A DNA stretch of 31,994 nucleotides, taken from positions 1-31,994 of the IMG/VR virus record IMGVR_UViG_3300012665_000778. One strand, given 5' to 3'. A model generated the notes under the pieces. The model did no database searches and was not told where the DNA came from. It saw only the letters and a list, made by a program, of their open reading frames with translations. A program made the position numbers and the translations under genes. This DNA comes from a virus (taxonomy: Duplodnaviria; Caudoviricetes). Shown one piece after another: positions 17,672 to 23,945 of this stretch. Position 1 is the first letter of the stretch. Each line of letters begins with the position of its first letter.

Positions 17672-18739
17672 AGAGACCTTATATCTAAATTAGACGCTAT
17701 TGTTAGCGAAACAGCACTTAGAGACAAAGAAGACCTGCAGGCTAAGCGTAAAGCATTACAAGATTTACAAATGGATCCTGTAGCAGGCGAAGACCCCGAA
17801 ATTTCCCAAGCAATTACACAACGCAAAGCAGACTTAGAAAAAGAAGCCAAGTCTAAAGGACTTGACGAAGAATTTGAAATAGGCGACGACTTTGGTATTA
17901 GCTTTTCGGAAGACTTTGAAATTGCTACAGAGATCATAGACATTTTAGAAGATGGTATTGTTATTGATTTAGATGATGCTGCATTAGATATGTTGGCCAA
18001 AGAAGGTTTAGTATTTTTAGACGGTGAAATTGTTAAAGAAGAAAAACAAAAAGGTGTTGATGGCAAAGCCTGTTGGAAAGGCTACAAGCGCATGGGCACT
18101 AAACAGAAAGGTGGCAAGACAGTAGATAACTGTGTTAAGATGGAAGATCATGGTCCTGAGAATCCAGATGCCCCAGTAAATTACGGAGAATACGATAGAG
18201 AAGGCGATATGGCCAAAGACGATTTACGCACTATCGACGATGCTGCTAAAGAACTTTATTCTATTCTTGATGCTAACGAAAATCTTCCAGAGTGGGTCCA
18301 GGCAAAAATAACCAAAGCAGTTGATTATATCGACACTGCACGTGATTATATGAAAGCCAACAAATATGCCGAAGAAGGCAGCTACCCGTTTGCAGGTAAG
18401 AAAGTTGGACATAAGGAAGGTCCAGCTGGACAACTCAAAGGAACAGATCCAAAAGGATATCCCAAAGGCAAACTAGTTGGCGGTGAAAGTATTAGTAACG
18501 AAGCCGAGTATCACGGAAAGAATGTTCCGTTAGGTAAAAAGTTACCAGGCGATGTAAAGAAATCAAAAGTATATGTTCGCAAGCCAAACGGCAAAATTGT
18601 CAAAGTAAACTTTGGCGATAAAAAAATGCGTATTAAAAAATCTAACCCAGCACGTAGAAAATCTTTCCGTGCTAGACATAACTGTAAAAATCCAGGGCCG
18701 CGATGGAAGGCACGTTACTGGTCATGTAGGAGCTGGTAA
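17669..18739 (+). CDS. Modular charged protein, putative internal head protein
   Basis: Acidic and basic modules separated by Glu-ending motifs. C-terminal RRKSFRARHNC...ARYWSCRSW domain. Confidence 0.6.
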   Translation: MRDLISKLDAIVSETALRDKEDLQAKRKALQDLQMDPVAGEDPEISQAITQRKADLEKEAKSKGLDEEFEIGDDFGISFSEDFEIATEIIDILEDGIVIDLDDAALDMLAKEGLVFLDGEIVKEEKQKGVDGKACWKGYKRMGTKQKGGKTVDNCVKMEDHGPENPDAPVNYGEYDREGDMAKDDLRTIDDAAKELYSILDANENLPEWVQAKITKAVDYIDTARDYMKANKYAEEGSYPFAGKKVGHKEGPAGQLKGTDPKGYPKGKLVGGESISNEAEYHGKNVPLGKKLPGDVKKSKVYVRKPNGKIVKVNFGDKKMRIKKSNPARRKSFRARHNCKNPGPRWKARYWSCRSW

Positions 18740-19074
18740 TGCTTTTAAAAGAAATGTTTTCGCCAATCGGCGCACCTAAACAAGACGATCAAGAAATTGA
18801 TTGGTTAGATGATTTAAAGTTTTTTATAGATAACGATAATCAAATGTTGAATCGTTATTTTTTCCCAGCCGTTGATCGTCATAAAGAACACAAAGGCAAT
18901 CCTAATGTATTCAAAGTTTATATTAGACCAATTGAGAATTGCTTAAATCATTATTGTAAAATGTTTGATATTCAAGATAGAGAAGAAAAATTTCCTAAAG
19001 AAAAACTTCTAGATCTAGCAAAACGTTTTGCAGAAGAGCAAGAAAAACACATTAAGAAGGGCGATTACAAGTAA
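18739..19074 (+). CDS. Hypothetical protein (MLLKEMF... N-terminus)
   Basis: TAATG-coupled ORF in the array. Confidence 0.65.
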   Translation: MLLKEMFSPIGAPKQDDQEIDWLDDLKFFIDNDNQMLNRYFFPAVDRHKEHKGNPNVFKVYIRPIENCLNHYCKMFDIQDREEKFPKEKLLDLAKRFAEEQEKHIKKGDYK

Positions 19075-20372
19075 TGTTTTTAACTGAACTGTTCGAAGCC
19101 GGTAGTAAACATGTAACATTCTGTTTTGGCAGAATGAATCCCCCTACCATTGGTCATAAGCAAGTTCTTGATACTATGAAAAAACAAGGCGGCGATATGA
19201 AAATATTTGTCAGCCAAAGTCAAGATGCTAAAAAAAATCCGTTAGATTACGGAACAAAAATTAAATTTATTAAAGAGATGTTCCCGGAGTATGCCGGGAA
19301 TCTTGTTGATGATGCTGGTCTAAATACTGTGGTAAAAGTAGCATCATATCTATACGATCAAGGTTATACTGCTGCTACCTTTGTTGCAGGCAGCGACCGT
19401 TTAGAAGACATGAAAAAATTACTAGACGCATATAACGGTGTTGAAGGCAAAAGTCACGGATTCTATAAATTTGAAGTTTTAGATTTTGTAAGTAGCGGAG
19501 AACGTGAAGACGGCGCCGAAGGTGTTGCTGGCGTTAGTGCTAGTGGTGCTAGAGCAGCCGCTGCCAACAACAACTTTGAATCTTTTAAAGAAGCGACTGG
19601 TGCAGGAGAACTTGCAAAGCCATTGTTTATTGCTGTTCGTAAAGGCATGAAGATTGCAGAAAGTGTTAATGAAGTATCATTAGGAAATAAATTAGAGTGG
19701 CCCGAAGTTGTTAATAAAGTTAACAGTGCTATGAAAGCTATGGGATGGAAGGGTCAACGTAAAGGTGACGATGCCTATATGTTTAGCACAGCCGGGCAAG
19801 AAGTTGAAGATCAAATTTATATTGTTATTATCGACAATAACGGCAATGGAATGTTTACATACGCACTTGGCACAGTAGAAGAAGGCGATCCGCACATTGG
19901 TGAGCAAGAAACATTACCAATGACTGAAGCTAGTGTAAGTGAGTTAATGAACGCTATTCGAGATGGTTTTGGTCTAGGGGAAGCTATGTCAGAAGCTCCT
20001 ATAGAAATGGATCCTAGTGATCCTATGGACCCGATGATTCACAGTCATGATAAAGCAAATCCTGCTAAATTAAAATATCGTATGCTACGAGCAGCAGGTC
20101 AATTAAAAGATCTAGCCAGTCGTGCAGAAAATGCCAGTCCGGGCGAGTGGCAACTAATGGCCCGCCAGTTTGAAGAATTAAAAATGAACATGGAGCAGAT
20201 TCGTCATGCTCTAGAAGAACTAGGTAAGATGCGTAAGAAAGGCGGTATTCGTAGCCGTGGCATTGATCCTATGGTAGATAGTGTATCAGAAGGTTATGGT
20301 CGCTATTATTGTTCTACAGATAAGAAATGGAAAACCCGCAAAGGTCCCAAGCAGTCAAGGAAAAGCTCATGA
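19074..20372 (+). CDS. Cytidyltransferase-like (HIGH-superfamily nucleotidyltransferase) domain fused to unknown C-terminal modules
   Basis: FCFGRMNPPTIGH, FVAGSDR and SASGARAAA motifs in the first ~190 aa. Confidence 0.75.
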   Translation: MFLTELFEAGSKHVTFCFGRMNPPTIGHKQVLDTMKKQGGDMKIFVSQSQDAKKNPLDYGTKIKFIKEMFPEYAGNLVDDAGLNTVVKVASYLYDQGYTAATFVAGSDRLEDMKKLLDAYNGVEGKSHGFYKFEVLDFVSSGEREDGAEGVAGVSASGARAAAANNNFESFKEATGAGELAKPLFIAVRKGMKIAESVNEVSLGNKLEWPEVVNKVNSAMKAMGWKGQRKGDDAYMFSTAGQEVEDQIYIVIIDNNGNGMFTYALGTVEEGDPHIGEQETLPMTEASVSELMNAIRDGFGLGEAMSEAPIEMDPSDPMDPMIHSHDKANPAKLKYRMLRAAGQLKDLASRAENASPGEWQLMARQFEELKMNMEQIRHALEELGKMRKKGGIRSRGIDPMVDSVSEGYGRYYCSTDKKWKTRKGPKQSRKSS

Positions 20373-20758
20373 AAGCAAAAGAATTTATACCAGCAAGTAA
20401 ACCTAGAAACTTTGTAGCTAAGAATCAAAAAACTGCGGGTGCTGGCGCACACAAAGATAAAAAGAAAGCTGAAAAACAAGGCGACTTTAAACACAAACAA
20501 AAACAATACGAAGGCATTACTATGGAACGTGATAGAGATCCAGAAGATTGGGACGAAGGTAATACTGAGCCGCCAAATAACTTTGCGGTCTACATTAACG
20601 GTAAGAAGTGGAAAGTATTCCGTGGTCGCGGCACATATGCTGATGACTATCGTGAAAAAGCTCACTATCAACAACTAAGAGCATGGGCTGATAAAAAATC
20701 TGCTGCTACTGGTAAAAAGTGGACTGTGCATGTAACTGGCGAACCTGCTACCGAATAA
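20369..20758 (+). CDS. Basic hypothetical protein (MKAKEFI...)
   Basis: Start reassigned to ATG 20369 (ATGA overlap with the upstream stop). Confidence 0.65.
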   Translation: MKAKEFIPASKPRNFVAKNQKTAGAGAHKDKKKAEKQGDFKHKQKQYEGITMERDRDPEDWDEGNTEPPNNFAVYINGKKWKVFRGRGTYADDYREKAHYQQLRAWADKKSAATGKKWTVHVTGEPATE

Positions 20759-20988
20759 TGGAACTGTCTGAACTAAAACGCCTTGCCGGCATTAATGAAT
20801 TTAAAGGATATGTAAAATACGATCCTGTAAATCCGTATGATGGTAGCAATATAAGTCTCACTGGTAATGAAAAAGGTGAACTTATGAAAAAACATAATAT
20901 TAGACCCGGAACCCCTGAATGGTTTCAGCTTTGGTTTAGTTTACCTTATATGACGGGCGAGAAACCTGTAGGAGATAGACGTGGATAA
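20758..20988 (+). CDS. Hypothetical protein (MELSELKRLAGINE...)
   Basis: Start reassigned to ATG 20758 (TAATG). Motif IRPGTPEWFQLWFS. Confidence 0.65.
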   Translation: MELSELKRLAGINEFKGYVKYDPVNPYDGSNISLTGNEKGELMKKHNIRPGTPEWFQLWFSLPYMTGEKPVGDRRG

Positions 20989-21160
20989 AACATTAGCAGA
21001 CTATATTAAAAGAATTCAAGATCTTGACAAACAACGTGTTGCTGAAAATCGCAATGTTTGGAACGACCCAGAGTTAGCTAAACAAGATGTTTATTATATT
21101 GATCCAACTCCTCAAAGTATCGATTCTGACGAAAAGATCAATCCATACGGACAACATTAA
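20981..21160 (+). CDS. Small 59-aa ORF missing from the ORF track (MDKTLADYIKRIQ...NPYGQH)
   Basis: GTG start after SD AGGAG. Its TAA overlaps the next ATG, and it fills the gap exactly. Confidence 0.6.
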   Translation: MDKTLADYIKRIQDLDKQRVAENRNVWNDPELAKQDVYYIDPTPQSIDSDEKINPYGQH

Positions 21161-21948
21161 TGCGAGCCCACGAGTTTGTAACAGAAAAAAAACGTAAACG
21201 TAAAAAGCCACGTTGGGCTGCTTACGGTCCAGGACCGTATGGCGGTTACGGATATGCTACTGGTTATAGCGGCGACGGAGGCTCTGCATCTGGTGGCGAC
21301 GGCGGTGTTGGCGAGGGTTGGAAAGACTGGGCAGCGGCAGGAGCATTAGGAACAGCACTAGCATTTGGAGCTCCTGGAGACGCCGAAGCTGCTAAACCAA
21401 AAGCCAAAGATCCCATATCTCAAGTTAGCAAAAAAGAAATATCAAAGTCAGTGACTGGAAATCCGCACGAAGTTTATCTTAAAAAAGCTGCTGAAAAAGC
21501 AGGTATTAAAGGCAATGAACTTGCAGCGTTTCTTGCACAGTGCGCTCACGAAACTCTTGATTTTAAACATATGAAAGAGATTGGTGGTTCATTAGATTTT
21601 AAAAAATACGATATTAAATTTGCACCACGTAAGGCAAAAATATTAGGTAATACCAAACCCGGAGACGGAGCAAAATACAAAGGTCGCGGTTACATACAGC
21701 TCACAGGCAAAGACAATTATAAACGTGCAGGTCAAGCACTAGGACTGCCGTTAGTTGACAAACCAGAGCTTGTTGAAAAACCAGAAGTTGCTGCTAAAGT
21801 AGCAGTATGGTATTGGAAAGAACGTGTTAGAGACAAAGTTGATAGTTTTAAAGATACTAAGTCTGTTACTAAACCTATCAACCCAGGTATGAAACACCTA
21901 GACCAACGTAAAGAAAAACACGACAAATTTATGGTAGCTATGAAATGA
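21160..21948 (+). CDS. Second GH19 lysozyme/chitinase-fold protein with a long N-terminal extension
   Basis: AAFLAQCAHET, KGRGYIQLTGKDNY, AVWYW, TKPINPG motifs. Confidence 0.85.
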   Translation: MRAHEFVTEKKRKRKKPRWAAYGPGPYGGYGYATGYSGDGGSASGGDGGVGEGWKDWAAAGALGTALAFGAPGDAEAAKPKAKDPISQVSKKEISKSVTGNPHEVYLKKAAEKAGIKGNELAAFLAQCAHETLDFKHMKEIGGSLDFKKYDIKFAPRKAKILGNTKPGDGAKYKGRGYIQLTGKDNYKRAGQALGLPLVDKPELVEKPEVAAKVAVWYWKERVRDKVDSFKDTKSVTKPINPGMKHLDQRKEKHDKFMVAMK

Positions 21949-22145
21949 GAGCTAGCGAATTTATTGTAGAAAACTTTGCCGATGGCAAAGTAAAAGGAAA
22001 AAGCAGACCGGGTCGTGTAAAACGTAGCGGTGCTAGTTGTTCGGGATCTGTAACGGACCTACGCAAAAGAGCTAAAAATGCATCGGGCGAAAAGGCAAAG
22101 ATGTATCATTGGTGCGCTAATATGAAGAGCGGCAAAAAGAAATAA
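21945..22145 (+). CDS. Small basic protein (MRASEFIVE...)
   Basis: ATGA-coupled; Lys/Arg-rich; HWCANMKSG. Confidence 0.65.
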   Translation: MRASEFIVENFADGKVKGKSRPGRVKRSGASCSGSVTDLRKRAKNASGEKAKMYHWCANMKSGKKK

Positions 22146-22153
22146 ATATTGAT

Positions 22154-22339
22154 ATGAAAATACGTGAAATTTTTGAGAGCGCATCTGCAGGGGCTACATC
22201 TGCTGGTAATATCAGCGTAGGGGTTGCATACCCAAACAAACCTGCAAAAACTCCAAAAAACAAGAACGGAACTGCTAAAAACGCATTAGACCTAAAAGGC
22301 GCTAATCTGATAACCGGCGGCTCTTTAGTCAAAAGATAA
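22154..22339 (+). CDS. Small protein (MKIREIFE...)
   Basis: TAAATA at 22143; ESASAGATSAGNI. Confidence 0.6.
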   Translation: MKIREIFESASAGATSAGNISVGVAYPNKPAKTPKNKNGTAKNALDLKGANLITGGSLVKR

Positions 22340-22368
22340 ATACATTATACACCTTTAGGATCAGGAAC

Positions 22369-23232
22369 ATGGACTTTAAATCATTAATTACAAAAATTAG
22401 CTCGATGGATGACAAAATTGCAGTTGTCCCAGCTCCAGAATTACCAAAAGCAGTTCAGCTTAATGAAGACGCTCAACTGCGTGTGTTAGCTGGCACTTCT
22501 TCTTATATTTCAGAAGCTAAGAAAAAAGCTGAAGAAAAGAAAGAAGAAAAAGAAGTTAAAGAAGAAATGAAAGTTGGTGACAGCAAAAAAACTGCTAAAG
22601 GCGGCACTGTTACTAAAACTAAAACAGGTATTGTTCACAAAGCAGGTCCTGGTAATTATGGTGGTTCCGACGATAAAGATACAGATCCTGATGCAGATGA
22701 TGAGTCAAAAGCTAAAAAGAAAGCTAAGAAAGAGTCTATTGATACTGAAGCGTTCAAAGGCAAGTTTGCTAAGATGGTAGAAGCAAAGAAAGATGACAAA
22801 AAGAAAAAGCCAATGAAAGAAGCGGCTAAGCCAGACTTTTTAGATATGGACAAAGACGGTGACAAGAAAGAGCCAATGAAAAAAGCTGCTGCTGACAAGG
22901 GCGGTGACAAGAAAGACGGCAAGAAAGGTATGTCTGACAAACAGGCAAAATACTTTGGTAAGAAAAACGAATCTGTAAAAACTTCTAAGAAAGTTGTTGC
23001 TGAATCAGTTGAAGAAAAATTAACTTTCAAACAAATGGTTCAGTTAGTTCAAGAAAGTGGCGGTCAGCAACAAATTGATCCAGTAGATAAAGCATTGTTT
23101 ACATGGGCCGAACGTGTTGCCAAATCCAAACTAGGCGAAGGCATGAAAGCTGATCTATATGCAGGTTTAGTATACGAGCGCAACGGCGGCGTATTCGAAA
23201 TGTATGATGTGTTAGCAGAAGATCAAAAATAA
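22369..23232 (+). CDS. Lys/Glu-rich protein, putative prohead core/internal protein
   Basis: TAAATA at 22337. Many Glu-ending candidate cleavage motifs (LNE, ISE, MVE, MKE, VAE, LGE). KPDFLDMDKDGDKKEPMKKA motif. Confidence 0.6.
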   Translation: MDFKSLITKISSMDDKIAVVPAPELPKAVQLNEDAQLRVLAGTSSYISEAKKKAEEKKEEKEVKEEMKVGDSKKTAKGGTVTKTKTGIVHKAGPGNYGGSDDKDTDPDADDESKAKKKAKKESIDTEAFKGKFAKMVEAKKDDKKKKPMKEAAKPDFLDMDKDGDKKEPMKKAAADKGGDKKDGKKGMSDKQAKYFGKKNESVKTSKKVVAESVEEKLTFKQMVQLVQESGGQQQIDPVDKALFTWAERVAKSKLGEGMKADLYAGLVYERNGGVFEMYDVLAEDQK

Positions 23233-23250
23233 TCTTTATTTTGGTAAACA

Positions 23251-23281
23251 AGAGCCAGTCATAGGTTGACTGGCTTTTTTT
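23251..23281 (+). terminator. Intrinsic terminator ending the array
   Basis: AGCCAGTCA-taggt-TGACTGGCT followed by a T-run. Confidence 0.85.
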
Positions 23282-23294
23282 ATGACTATATAAT
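23266..23294 (+). promoter_or_regulatory. sigma70 promoter overlapping the terminator
   Basis: TTGACT(23266-71)-17 bp-TATAAT(23289-94). Confidence 0.75.
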
Positions 23295-23319
23295 AAACAT
23301 TATTCATTGGAGTTAACAA

Positions 23320-23580
23320 ATGTCAAAAATCTACGGACCAGAAGAAAAAGCAAAATTAGAACGTCTTATCAACGAAGGCGGTAATGTTCTTCGTGAAGTT
23401 GAAGATTTACAAGAAGGTTTGAAAGAAACTGTTAAGGCAGTTGCAGAAGAATTACAAATTAAACCAAGCTGGATTAACAAAGCAATCAGGATTGCTCATA
23501 AAGATAATTGGAAAGAACACGAACAAGAATGGGGCGAAATTGAAATGATCCTTGGTGTTACTAAGCGATTGCCAGAATGA
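23320..23580 (+). CDS. Small helical DNA-binding protein, T4 DsbA/GapR-like
   Basis: Size and pattern L..LI.E...L.E.EDL.E.LKE.VKA.AEEL.I.P..INKAIR. Confidence 0.55.
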   Translation: MSKIYGPEEKAKLERLINEGGNVLREVEDLQEGLKETVKAVAEELQIKPSWINKAIRIAHKDNWKEHEQEWGEIEMILGVTKRLPE

Positions 23581-23870
23581 TTATTGATATTTTTAAACCT
23601 ACTATAGATTGGATCAAAGATGACTACAATACTCATCCCTTTCGGTTTTTTATTGAACTACTTGCTTGGGCTGTGTCTATTGGGTGCAGTATCACTATGG
23701 CCGTCACCGTGCCTAATCCGCCACTACTCGCGTTATATCCTATTTGGATCAGTGGCTGTGCTATGTATGCTTGGGCTGCTTATACTAGGAAATCATTTGG
23801 CATGTTGGCTAACTACATCTTGCTGACCGCAATTGATACTCTCGGTCTAGTTAGAATGTTAATTACTTAA
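23577..23870 (+). CDS. Small multi-pass membrane protein
   Basis: Three hydrophobic segments; ATGA overlap. Confidence 0.65.
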   Translation: MIIDIFKPTIDWIKDDYNTHPFRFFIELLAWAVSIGCSITMAVTVPNPPLLALYPIWISGCAMYAWAAYTRKSFGMLANYILLTAIDTLGLVRMLIT

Positions 23871-23887
23871 ATAAAGTTAGATGGTAG

Positions 23888-23940
23888 GCGTGGCCATAAA
23901 CCGCACATTGGTATTTGCAAGCCGTAAATTGCATAGGAGA
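23888..23940 (+). promoter_or_regulatory. Twin-hairpin leader of the DNA polymerase gene (candidate translational operator)
   Basis: Two stems with 8-nt loops GCCATAAA and GCCGTAAA, directly 5' of SD AGGAG. Confidence 0.55.
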
Positions 23941-23945
23941 ACATA

